Part shown: positions 22,161 to 33,974 of the stretch, piece by piece
Layout of the letters: every line of letters begins with the position of its first letter
How positions within the stretch are numbered: position 1 is the stretch's first letter
NCBI GenBank assembly: GCA_038087875.1
Contig: CM075987.1
Location: 25,918,001 to 25,982,000 of the forward strand
Reading direction: 5' to 3'
DNA: 64,000 nucleotides
From: Malacoraja senta
Taxonomy: Eukaryota
Notes under the pieces: generated by a model
What the model saw: the letters and a program-made list of their open reading frames with translations, nothing else
Told to the model about the DNA's origin: nothing
The model's database searches: none
Program-made: the position numbers and the translations under genes

Positions 22161-23524
22161 ACTCTATGGCTCTATCTGCCTTTCTGTTTCAAACAAACCC
22201 AAAGGCTCACTTGCATTAACATTCCACCCCAAGGAGCGGAGTGCTTACTGATGGGAATTCTAACTGGATGGGATTGCTCTGGATGGGAATCTGGCTGCAA
22301 GGTTGGTCTAAAACATCCACATTGTCAAAGAGAAAATTAATAAAGAATTAAGGAGGATTTTTTTTTCCTTTTGAGAATTGAGTAAATCGGTTGGACGCAC
22401 AGAGTCTCTTGCCCAGAGTAGGGGAATCGAGGACCAGAGGACATAGGCTTAAGGTGAAGGTGAAAAGATTTAATAGAAATCTGAGGGGTAACTTTTTCAC
22501 ACAAAGGTTGGCGAGTGTATGGAACGAGCTGCTAGAGGAGGTAGTTGAGGCTGGGGACTATTGAAATGTTTGAGAAACATTTAGACAGGTACATGGATAG
22601 GACAAGGTTTGGAGAGATGTAGGCCAAACACAGGCAGGTGGGAGTAGCAGGTGGCAGGTGGGCCTGTTTCTGTGCTATCACTCTATGAGACATGGAAGAA
22701 AGTGCACTCTGGCCTTCCCTTCCCAATCAATGCGTTCCTAAGTCTGAAGAAGGGTCTCGACCCGAAACGTCACCCATTCCTTCTCTCCAGAGATGCTGCC
22801 TGTCCCGCCGATTTACTCCGGCATTTTGTGTCTACCTTTAATACATTCCTGATCTCCACGTGACACCTAGAAATGAATTGCAGTGACATTATGTATCTGT
22901 TGGTGGCAAGAAAGAAAATTGGATCCTTGTACCTTGAAAATATAGTCACACATAATTTGTTATGAATGACAATGCATAACCGGAATAAAAAATGTAATAC
23001 AAGAAAATAAACTTCAAAAACCCATTACAAGGATTCACAATTACATATGCAGAACACTGTTAACAATTTGAACACCACAATTTTTTCTCCTCCATTTTTT
23101 ATTGTACAAAAATCCTAAAGCATCCTAATTGGAGCTTTCAATCCTGTTGGTGCAAGCGCTTGAGGGATGAATATAAATCAGTGCTTGCTGGAGGGTTTGA
23201 TATGTTTCATCTTTAGTAGCTCCCGTTTAGAAGGACTACGTCTATTCATGTGTGCGTTCTTACATTTGGAGGGATTGATTGATCATCAACATCAGAACCA
23301 TTGTCCATAAGTCACATGAAGATCTTTAATTGGGCTTGTCTTTAGTAAGGCAGCACATTGTTGGTTGAGACTTTATTTCAGTCAATGGATGGGTTGGAGT
23401 AGATTTCGGAACCAGAGCTTGCAGCACAGGAGACCCGGGTTCAATCCCGACAACAGGTGCTGTATGTACGCCTGTTTCCACACTGTAGCACTCTATGATT
23501 CTAGGTTTGTAGGCTAATCTTAGG

Positions 23525-23929
23525 CCCCCCTTCAGTCATGGCTGACCATGTGTGTCTCCAGGGTTGGAGGACGCCTGTGCGTGACTTTGTTTAACGTGGG
23601 GAGACTGGTGCACAGACAGCCACCACACGGTCCTTGACTGATCTGGGTCAGGATCCAATGGCGTGGAGTCCAAGACGACCGGAGACCCTTTCCTGCTGCA
23701 GCCTTCATCCGCCTTCCCAGCCGTTGTGACGCTGCACTAAGGTCAGCCATCGTCCTCCGCCTGTTCCACCGTTGAGGTCTTGGTTGGATTGCTCTTTGTC
23801 AGAGACCTCCCCCTCGACCTCACTGCCATGGGTGGCCCTACCAGGAGCAGAGCTCCAGACGGCATCGCTCTCAGGATCTCAGGTCCACACAAGCTTCTCC
23901 ACCACGACAAGCTGACAATCCACGGAGGT
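23525..23929 (-). mobile_element. RTE-derived non-autonomous element (Expander/Rex3-like 5' UTR plus short 3' end)
   Basis: Minus strand cttgtcgtggtggag..ctggtagggccacccatggca..gacaaagagca resembles recalled RTE 5' UTRs; ends ccatgactgaa; inserted in a SINE. Confidence 0.6.
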
Positions 23930-24553
23930 TAATAGGCTTGGTATAAATGTAGACTCTCTCCCTAGTGTGTGTAGGATAGAGTTAGTGAAGTGCAAATACT
24001 GATTCAGATATTGTCATAAAACTGAAATCTGTGGTCTATTTGGTGGACCTGTATTCCTCGATTCCTCTTTGGATAATTTTCACTCGTTAGTTTAGCACAA
24101 GTTATCAAAAGTTTTCTTTCGTCTTCAGATGTCAATCTAAATTCTGAGCATTTTTGCATTTCAAGTCCCTCGAACTCATGCAGTTATGTAAACAATCAAG
24201 TTAATGACTCCGGTTCAGGCAGCATCTCTAGAGAGAAGGAACAACTCCAGCATCTTGCAACCAACATCTGCAGTTCCTTCTTCACACAGGTTAGTTTGGC
24301 AAGGGGCATGTCAGAGCCTTGGTCATTTAAAACACTATTTCAAACACCTGAATCACATTAAGGCTTTGTTTACTCTGCTGCTCGTTGTCAATAATGCCTT
24401 GGTGTATGCTCATTTGTAAGTGCAAATCACCACATTTCCTTTTCCTTTTCTCCAGAGATGCTGCCTGGCCCACTGAGTTACTCCAGCATTTTGTACCTAT
24501 CTATGGTATACACTGGCATCTGCAGTTCCTTCCTTCACAATTCATCACCACAT

Positions 24554-24795
24554 TGTAGCGTCCATCACGTCGGGGTCACCAGTGTAGCGGCCTGAACGAG
24601 GTCAGTAAAAGGCCAGACGCCAGGCGGGTTCAATTAGTAGACTTTAATGCTTACAGGGAGAGCACACCACACACACACACCTCGAGAGCAGTAAATCCAG
24701 GGTCGACTGGAAACCCCGTGGCAGACCAGTCCCCTGTCCTTCACCCGGCGAGGGGGATGATCCAAGGAGTGGCTTACCCCCCAGGGACCGCCACA
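24554..24795 (-). mobile_element. LTR (213 bp, 24583-24795) with adjacent tRNA-Trp primer binding site, probably Gypsy-type
   Basis: TGTGGCGG..CCGCTACA termini, ATTAAA signal, then C-TGGTGACCCCGACGTGAT (24581-24564). Confidence 0.85.
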
Positions 24796-25369
24796 CGATG
24801 CTAGTTTAGTTTAGTTTAATTTCGTTTAGAGATACAGCGCGGAAACAAACACGTTCGGCCCACCGAGTCCGCGCCGACCAGCGACCCCCGCACATTAGCA
24901 CGATCCTACACACACTAGGGGACAATTTACAATTCTAACCAAAGCTAATTAACCGACAAACATGTACGTCTTTGGAGTGTGGGAGGAAACCGGAGCACGT
25001 GGAGAAAACCCACGCAGGTCACGGGGAGAACGTACAAACTCCGTACAGACAGCACCCGTAGTTAGGTTCGTGCCCCGGTCTCTGGCGCCGTGAGGCAGCA
25101 ACTCTACCGCTGCGACGCCGTGCCACCTGTCCGTTACATGTGGTGATATATTGTATAGGAAGGAACTGCAGATGCTGGTGAATGTCATAGATAGACACAA
25201 CATGCTGGAATAACTCAGCGGCTCAGGCAGCAAGTCTGGAGAGAAGAAATTGTTGATTTGCACTTGCTAATGACCATATACCATGGCATTCTTGCTAACC
25301 AGCAGCATAGTGAAAAGAGAGTAGTTCTTATACTATACATATCCCACCCCTGGACACGACTGCAGTCTG

Positions 25370-25730
25370 ACAACAAAAGATGATGACAAGCTCGTGGAAA
25401 ACATGAATCACTACCTACACACTGGCAGTCACCTCCCAACAAGGGCAGGAACCGGTGAGGAAAATCACCATGGCCTTCGGTGAGCTAGTGCAGCCTTTAG
25501 TCATCTGAGGAAAGGAAAGTTTGAAGATCAAGACTTGACCTGACCTGAAATACATGCGGAGAGTCACATCCTGCACGCTGCTGGTAACAACCCTCACCTC
25601 AACACACAGGAGAGATGGTATCAACCATGGTATTTGCTGAGCCAGCACAGGAGAGCTGGCTCAGCCAAATCCTCTGAATTCATCAAATGGATATGTGAGA
25701 CACAAAGATACTTCCTCTCCCAGGCCAACA
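25370..25730 (+). mobile_element. Old RTE LINE ORF2 fragment
   Basis: Degenerate ENMNHYLHTGSHL..ASAAFSHLRKGKFEDQDL..LSQAN, like the RTE post-RT region. Confidence 0.6.
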
Positions 25731-26746
25731 GTTATATGTTCATGAGTCCTAGGAGCAGAATTAGACCACTCGGCCCATTGAGTCTACCCCGCCATTCAAT
25801 CATGGCTGATCTATCTTCCCTTCTCAACCCCATTCTCCTGCCTTCTCCCCATAACCCCTGACACCCGTACCAATCAAGAACCTGTCAATATGTCAGGGTT
25901 AATCAGTTTAGTTTAGTTTAGAGATACGACACGGAAACAGACGCTTCGCCCACCGAGTGCGCGCCGACCAGCGATCCCCGCACACTAACGCTATCCTACA
26001 TATTCCAAAACGTGAGAAAACCCATGCAGGTCACGGGGAGAACGTACAAACTCCGTACAGACAAGCATCCGCAGTCAGGATCGAACCTGGGTCTCCGGCA
26101 CTGTAAGGCAGCAACTCTACCGCTCTGCCACCATGCTGGCTTCATATCTGCAGTTGTGTGCATGCATACAGCAAAGAATAAAACCCATGTTTAGGGGAAG
26201 AGCCGAAACATGTTATTATGGAAACCAAATCACAATAACTTTGGCCAGATGACACTTTTAAAGTTACTTAAAACTTAACTGTTCCTTCAGTAAGTAACGC
26301 GCAGTTAAACCTCACCTTTGGCATATCTTCCTTAAGCAGTTTTTATAAAAATTGATTGATCAATCATTTCAGCTCTTTCAGTGAATAGCTTTGCAATTTC
26401 TGCATTCTTGGCCAACCATTAACGGCGTGTTGAGCAGACTAATTACACTCTCAAAGTGCCACCAGCAAATTATGCTTCAATTTTATCACTGATCAATGTT
26501 AAAATGAAGTCGGCTCACAGATTTATTGATCAGTGAGGAAGGCACCACTCAAATGGATGCACTTCTATGGTCGGGCATGGCTAGCGTTGAAAAACTAAAA
26601 TGACCGTGGCTGTGACTTAGCCACTGTCATCCATCACGGTTCCCCGAACCAAGAACAATATTAGCACACATCAGACAGAAATAAAGGAGGGTAGGGGAGG
26701 TGTGGAAGGAGAAAGATCTACATGTGAGAAAATAATTGCACTTTAC

Positions 26747-26840
26747 CTTGGTACAGGTGATAATAAAGGGAACATTGATCCAGAGGGACTCAGCAAAGGT
26801 GACATCAGAAAATGGTGCTGGTGTTAATCTCAAACCAGGT
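26747..26840 (-). other. Candidate exon (94 nt)
   Basis: TTATTTTTCTAG| acceptor and AAG|GTAAAG donor; only one frame open: PGLRLTPAPFSDVTFAESLWINVPFIITCTK. Confidence 0.3.
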
Positions 26841-28363
26841 CTAGAAAAATAATTTCTCTAAAGTAACCCCTGCATTCCCTCACTCTCCATCCCTCCCCCA
26901 CCCAAGTCGCACCAGCTTCTCGTTCTCACCTAGCAAACGGCTAACAATGGCCTGTTTCCTTTATCATCGTTGCCTTTTTGCATATCTTTCATTCATTTGT
27001 TCTACATCTCTCTACATCGCCGTCTATATCTCTCGTTTCCCTCCCCCCTGACTCTCGGACTGAAGAGGAAGGGTCTCGACCCGAAACGGGTCACCCATTC
27101 CTTCCATCCAGAGATGCTGCCTGTCCCGCTGAGTTACTCTGGCATTTTCTGTCCACCTTCTGGAAAATGGGCGTTCTGTGGAGGAACATCAGTGAACCAC
27201 GACGGTGGTCCTGAGATGTAAACTGAGGATCTAGCCCATCATTCTGTGTTTCACTCAAGAATCACGCTAGATGCCATCTTTTCAAGGAAGATTTAATTTA
27301 AGGGCAGCAGCGCAGCCTGTCGAGCCTAGGACTCGGGGAATCACAAGACACAGAAATGATCCCTTCAGCCCAACAAATCCATGACAACCATTCTACCCAT
27401 CTACACTAGTTTACTTTAGTTTATTTTTTAGTTTAGAGATACAGGAAACAGGCCCTTCGGCCCACCGTGTCCGCGCCGACCAGCGATCCCCTCACGTGAA
27501 GGGGATGTGCCAAAGGAGGAAACTAAAGATCGTGATCGATGAACCAAAGTTCTTGAGAAGTACGGGTGTCAGAGGTTATGAATGAATGAATGAATAAGTT
27601 TATTGGCCAAATATTCACATACAAGGAATTTGCCTTGGTGCTCCGCCCGCAAGTGACAACAACGACATACAGTGACAGTTAGGAATGACACATAAAACAT
27701 TAAACATTAATAATAAATAATTATGGGGAGAAGGCAGGAAAATGGGGTTAGGAGGGAGAGATAGATCAGCCATGATTGAATGGTGGAGTAGACTTGATGG
27801 GCGGAATGGCCTAATTCTGAACTTATCACTTATGATCTAATGATCTTGGAGATAACCCACGCAGGTCACGGGAAGAACGTACAAACTCCGTTCAGACAGC
27901 ACTCACAGTCAGGATCGAACCTGGGACTCTGGCGCTGTAAGGCAATAGCTCTACCGCTGTGCCACCGTGCCGCCCAATACAAATGGCAACTAAACTAATC
28001 CCATTTGCCTGCATTAGCTCCAAAGCCTTCAATGCCTGGACTATTCAAGTGGTTGTCTACATGCCTCTTAAGGTCTTAAGGTCATAAGGTCATAAGAAAT
28101 AGGAGTATAATTAGGCCATTCGGCCCATCAAGTCTACTCAAGTCAAGTCAAACTAAAGTTTGATCTTTATTTTATGAGGAGTTACGTTGGTGATTACGTG
28201 AAGAAGACCCGTCATGGCGCATGCGGTCCGCATGTGCGTCAATCTTCAAAGCAGCGGTATGAAATCACAGACAACACAATAATTGAAGTAACATATTAAG
28301 ATGAGGAACATGAGAACTACCATTACGACCTTTTTTCTATGAGAGAGGGTTGGGCGTGGCGGG

Positions 28364-28475
28364 CACGTAATCACCAACGTAACTCCTCATAAAATAAAGA
28401 TCAAACTTCAAACTGGTAAGTTCTCGTTTAATCTTACTATTTTACTTCGGAGTCACGTGAGTGACTACGTGAAGA
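28364..28475. repeat. DIRS copy A internal complementary region (ICR)
   Basis: 28364-28408 is a perfect 45-bp reverse complement of 28156-28200; 28439-28475 is a perfect 37-bp reverse complement of 32955-32991. Confidence 0.95.
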
Positions 28476-28683
28476 TTTCAAAGCTCTGTGATTTTATGCC
28501 GCAGATCAAAATCCCGGCTTCTCACTGCATCGATTGACTCTGAGTATAATCAATAATGCTGTAAACATGACATTGAATATCATGCAAAAAAAACAGTTTT
28601 ATTTTGGGTCATAAAACAAACAATAAACCCTCTTAATTTAGGGCAACTAACGAAACAGAATTAAACAGTATTGAAAACAGAAT

Positions 28684-29674
28684 TTAAACAATAGCAACAG
28701 CACTCAATATTGAGTTGGCAAACAGCCCTCCATCGGCAATCGGCCGATGGTAGTATTGCTGAAACACAAGTTCATTTTGCCACCCTGCGGCTTTTAATAT
28801 ATGGTCGATGGGAACGTCCATTGCCCTGGCCGCCGATGTTGCTGCTGCCCTAGTGGAATGAGATGTAAACACATCAGTGTTAATTCCTGCCTGAACCAAC
28901 ACTTGCTTTAACCACCTTGAGATAATCTGAACTGCCACTCTTTTATGTGGCTTCTTGTAACTGACAAATAATCCTGTTTCTTCATGTCTTAAAGCCCTTG
29001 TGGCCTCAATGTAATGTAACCAATGTGTCCTTACTCATAAACATGGATCTGTAGGATATGCTGAGAACACAATCTTAAATCCTGTCACACCTGGCCTGCT
29101 TTGTTTGAGCAGGTCATAAATATAAAACATAACATTCTCTATAGTCACTTCCATTCTATCTAACTGAAGTTTTTGCAAAGTCTGCACTCTCTGTGCTGAA
29201 ACCAATGCCATTAGCATAGCCAACTTTCATGGTTAATTTTGACAAAGTCATAGACGTGACAGGGACCCAATGACGAAGCATGTTAAGAACAACACTTACA
29301 TCCCAGATAACCATATACCTAGGCTTAGGCGGTTTGGAATTAAAGATTCCTTTCATCAACCTAGATATGAGAGGGTGAGAACCTATACTTTGTGTCCGTG
29401 TACCTATTGCAAGATATGCGGACAAAACACTTCTAGCTGTATTGATAGCACTATAGCTAAGACCCTCATCATAATAAAGTGTGGATAAAAACTCTAACAC
29501 ATTTTCAATAACTACAGTATCATATTGAATATTCTTTCCAACACAATATTGTTCCCATTTTTTTACATAAGTCATATACTGCTGTTGAGTACTCTTTCTC
29601 CAGGCTGCAGTGAGCATATCCACCGTTCGCCTAGAAAGTCCTCGACCCATGTAAGGCCTTCTTAAAACTTGCAA
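28684..29674 (-). pseudogene. DIRS tyrosine recombinase, disrupted
   Basis: AQRVQ, SHSTRAAATS, ILKAAGW, QYYHRP catalytic motifs across several ORF pieces. Confidence 0.9.
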
Positions 29675-30947
29675 ATTAACAGATCAATACGATCACATAA
29701 CGGATGAACTTCACGCGTTACCGGATGCTCCAGCAAATTCCTACTCTTTGGAATCAGCAAAGGAGGTTGGATCGCTATCTGTAACATCAAAGGGAACCAT
29801 GGTTGAGTTGGCCAATTTGGTATCACCAAAACCCCTGAAGCGGCATCCTGCTTGATTTTTTTTTATTTTTTTAATCATCGACCTATGAGAAAGAATGGTG
29901 GGAAAATGTACACAAACATATTACCCCAATTTAATGAAAAAGCGTCAATTGCCACTGCCCCTGGATCTGGTTCCCATGAAACATATTTTGGCTGCTGGTG
30001 GTTAAGCCTGGATGCAAACAAATCGATATCTGGCATTCCATATAGAAGTACTATGTTCTTGAACACATCCTGGTTCAACATCCACTCTGTATTATCACAG
30101 AATTTTAGTGACCTGGCATCTGCTACTACATTAGGTGTCCCTGGCAGATGGATAGCTGAAATCCAAATATCTCTATCCATACACCAGGTCCAAATTTGAT
30201 TTGCCAACCTGTCACATGATAACGATTTGATTCCACCCATGTGATTAATATAAGCAACTGCTGTAGTGTTGTCTATTTGGCACTGCACATGCAAGCTAGT
30301 TTTGTTAGTGCAATAAGCCTGGATCCATAAATACTCCTAAAAACTCTAAATGGTTAATTCCCCATGTTTGCAGAAGCAATGACTCTTGCTCAGTCCATCT
30401 GCCTCCACAGCTGGATCTCGTATCAGTAGCACCCCACCCAAGTGCATTGACATCTGTCTGCAAAATCATGGAAGCTTGGTCCAATAACACTTTAGAATTA
30501 CTAGTGGACACATGCTGAATCGACCATTGTACATCAGCAACAGCCTCTACTGATAGACGCATAGGCCTGTTATAATGACCCAAATGTATCCTCAGTGCTT
30601 GTTCCTTTGACCTTTGTACTGTTGATAATGAAGTGGCCCGTATTGAACTGCTGGAAATGCTGCCACCAATTTCCCAAGCAGGCTAGCCACCTGTCTAATT
30701 GAAGGCTGTGTGTCAGCAATCAACTTGATACAGCTCTCAATTAGCTCTACCCTTTTTTGCCTGGGCAAGGTCACAATCATGTTGATTGAGTCTATTTTGA
30801 ACCCAAATAGTCAATTTGTGTCACAGGTGTTAATTTAGATTTCTCTGGATGGATTATGAAGCCCACACTTTGAAAAGTGGTTTTAACAACTGCCACTGAT
30901 GCTTCAACTGTTTCCTTTGATTGTCCTACAATCAATATATCATCTAG
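29662..30947 (-). pseudogene. DIRS pol C-terminal part: RNase H and adenine-methyltransferase-like domain, frameshifted
   Basis: LQTDVNALGWG, INHLE, IDNTTAVAYINHMGG, HLPGTPNVVAD (RNase H); DIDLFASRLN and YIFPPF (MT). Confidence 0.88.
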
Positions 30948-32776
30948 TTAAGCCATGAGCACATGCCCTTGACTTCTCCTCATGCCTAGAATAGGTTTTA
31001 ACAACTTTGTAAAAACTCTAGGAGCTGAAGACAAACCATTAGGCAGTGCATTGTATTGCCATAATTGCCCCATCCAGCTGAATTTTAAATATCTTCTATC
31101 CTGCAAATGAACAGACACTGAATAATACGCATCTTTAAGATCTATAGTTGCCATATAGCATCCTCTGGAAACAAGTTGCTTAGCCGTCACAAACGTTTCC
31201 ATCTTAAAATGTCTATACCGTACAAAAGGGTTAAGACTAGTCAGGTCCAGTATAATTCTGCTTCCCTCATCCTTTTTTGGTCTGGGAAAGATATTGGACA
31301 CAAACTGTTGGCTTTGGTAAACTGCCTTAGCAATTACACCTTTATTACATAAGCTTTCAAGTTCCACCTGAACTTCCAATTGTTCAGTGATACTGAAGTC
31401 AAAACTCCTTTTTGGAACATGTTGCATGGGTAATTCAGAATTTGCATTAAACTCTATTCGAAACCCTTCAATAACATTCAGTATAAACATATCTGAGGTA
31501 ATTTGTTTCCATTCCTCTAAGAACAGATGTAATCTTCCTCCAACTTTTAATTGTATTACTTTAGATCTGTCTACATGAGAACCAGACCCACATACCTCAT
31601 TACAACCTGGCATCCTTCCCCGGCCTCGAGCTGGATATCCCACCTTCCCTGGCGCTGCTACAGCCGAACGCCAAATGCGCTGCATCGTAGCTCGACTTGT
31701 CCCTTGCCCGGACCAGTCTCCTCGCTTATAGGGATACTTCCGCGTCGGTGGATATGTGGCTACTGGCTGCTTAATCAAGCCCACCGTCTTGGCCTCCTCC
31801 TCCAGCTCCTTCACCTGCTTTGCGAAATCCTCGCCAAACAGTAGATTTGCCGGTTGCACTGTGCCAGGCTGGCAGAGTGAAGCATATTTAGGATTGATGG
31901 TTGGTCTTATCGCCGTTTTGCGGAGGCAGTTGATCTCAAAGTGGGCACTACACAATAGCGCCAGCACCTCTTGTTCTAATTTGGTCATGGCCTCTCCATC
32001 CACCATCCTGGCAAAGCTAGTTATGCCTGATCCCAGCAATTTTAAAATATGCTGGAGCTTCACCACCTGGGCTCTCCTTTGTATGCCCATCTGGCCCCAA
32101 ATCATCCTGTTCACAACAGGAACTTTTAACAGGCCACAGTTGATTGGGGCTTCATGCTTCTTTACTGTCTCCTCCATCGTCAGCTCCTGTAGCTGGTGTG
32201 AGATTAAGTAATTAATACTGGTGGCTATTTCCTTACCCAGAGGCTCACCAGCTTCCGACGACTTGGCAAACCGTGCTGCACACAGTGTCAGCTGTGGCAG
32301 CTGCCTGTCCTCCATTTCAAAGTCGTCGTCGGACTCAGGGTCAGAGCTTATCTGCCCTTCTGCACTCACCTCTTGAAAGAGGGTGCTTTCAAGCAGGCCT
32401 CTACCAGGCACTGCCGGCGGAGCCTTCCCCACGGCCTCCCTCCCACACAACTCCTCCTGGAGTGTGGCTTTGTGGAGCAGCCCCTGTATGAGCTGCTCCA
32501 TTTTGGATAACCACTGGGGCACGGTATCCTGTCCCGGACGGGACTCTCCTGGCCCGACTCTGCCGAGTCAATGGACCTAACAGACTTGGCTTTTGCCTTC
32601 CGCCTGACTGGCGTTGGCTGTGTACCCGGCTGGGCACTTGGGAGTGCCAAGTCTGTCGCCGCACCGCTACCGACTTGCGACTCCCCAGAGGTGACAGGCT
32701 GCCTTTCAGAGACTGCGCTCCCGCAGCTCTCTCTCCCCTTTTCCGTTGCACGCCTGCACCTTGTTGATTTGTCCAT
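30948..32776 (-). pseudogene. DIRS Gag plus reverse transcriptase N-terminal half in one frame; nonsense mutation in YLDD
   Basis: VGGRL, RIILDL, HFKMET, TIDLKDAYY, LPNGLSSAPRVFTK; YLDD reads TAA-CTA-GAT-GAT; gag ATG at 32776 is in a shifted frame. Confidence 0.9.
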
Positions 32777-32991
32777 TAATCCTGTATTTTAGGGATAAAC
32801 ACAGCAACAATTTTTCTTATCTCCTAAATCCTCCAAAGTCTCCCCGACTTTGGTGGAGCTTCTAAACTACTCACCTGCAGGAGGAGCTCCTCTTCCTGCT
32901 GCCGTTCACGCCAATGCGTCAGACGTAATGACGCGCATGCGCCCTGACGGGTTTTCTTCACGTAGTCACTCACGTGACTCCGAAGTAAAAT

Positions 32992-33495
32992 CTATCTATC
33001 TCTGCCTTAAAAATATCCATTGACTTGGCCTCGACAGCCTTCTGTGGCAAAGAATTCCACAGATTCACCACCCTCTGACTAAAGAAATTCATCCTCATCT
33101 CCTTCCTGAAATGTCCTTTAATTCTGAGCCTATGACCTCTAGTTCTAGACTTTCCCACTAGTGGAAGCATCCTCTCCACATCCACTCTATCCAAGCCTTT
33201 CACTATTCTGTACGTTTCAATGAGGTCCCCCTCATTCTTCTAAACTCCAGCGAGTACCGGCCCAGTGCCGTCAAACGCTCATCATAGGTTAACCTACTCA
33301 TTCCTGGGATCATTCTTGTAAACCTCCTCTGGACCCTCTCCAGAGCCAGCACATCCTTCCTCAGATACGGTGCCCAAAATTGCTCACAATATTCCAAATG
33401 TGGCCTTACCAGCGCCTTATAGAGCCTCAGCGTTACATCTCTGTTTTTTTGTATACAAGCCCCCTTGAAATAAATGCTAGCATTGAGTTTGCTTT
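32992..33495 (-). mobile_element. CR1 LINE fragment hosting DIRS copy A (3' tail at about 28070-28139)
   Basis: EYCEQFWAPYLRKDVLALERVQRRFTRMIPG, FSQRVVNLWNSLPQ. Confidence 0.9.
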
Positions 33496-33782
33496 AGTCA
33501 TTATCTGTTTTGTAATGCGTCACCAGTGCATAATATTGATGGGTGAAAAATTATACCGAATAAATGTCATTGGATAAATATTCATCAATGTTCAGCGATA
33601 AAATGAACTTTAAAATTCCAAGCCTCAAGTTAAATTTTTCACATGAGAAAATTGGTCTTCAAAATGTTATCATCAACACTTCATTCAAAGTGATAGGTAA
33701 TACCAGTCAGTTAGGAGATGTTAGACAGATAGATGTTAGGATATGTTTCCCCTGTCCACTTTCCTAACTGGGTAGACACTTA

Positions 33783-33974
33783 AGGGCCTGTCCCACTTGC
33801 ACAATTTTCTCGGCGACCTGCTGGCACCCGTCATAGTCGCCGCAGGTCACCGAAAATTTACAAAATGTTGAAAACCAGCGGCGACCAGAAAAAGGTACGA
33901 CTCTTTGGGCGACTACTCACTACCAAACAGGCTTCATCCCGTGACCAAAAAACCGCGTAAGCGTGACAGGCCCT
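33783..33974. mobile_element. PIF/Harbinger-like MITE
   Basis: TTA-AGGGCCTGTCCCACT..GACAGGCCCT. Confidence 0.7.

Larger units (their letters stand above)
28156..32991 (-). mobile_element. DIRS tyrosine-recombinase retrotransposon, copy A (disabled, 3' terminus clipped)
   Basis: gag-RT-RNase H-MT-YR order; inverted termini; ICR at 28364-28475 complementary to both ends; inserted in CR1. Confidence 0.95.

Noticed and set aside
26317..26420. Coding-looking minus-strand segment WLAKNAEIAKLF..EDMPK before AAG|GTGAGG
   Set aside because: In-frame stops and no credible acceptor
29875..30050. Phage-like DNA adenine methyltransferase and integrase suggesting bacterial contamination
   Set aside because: MT and YR are normal DIRS domains, and the element is inserted in a vertebrate CR1
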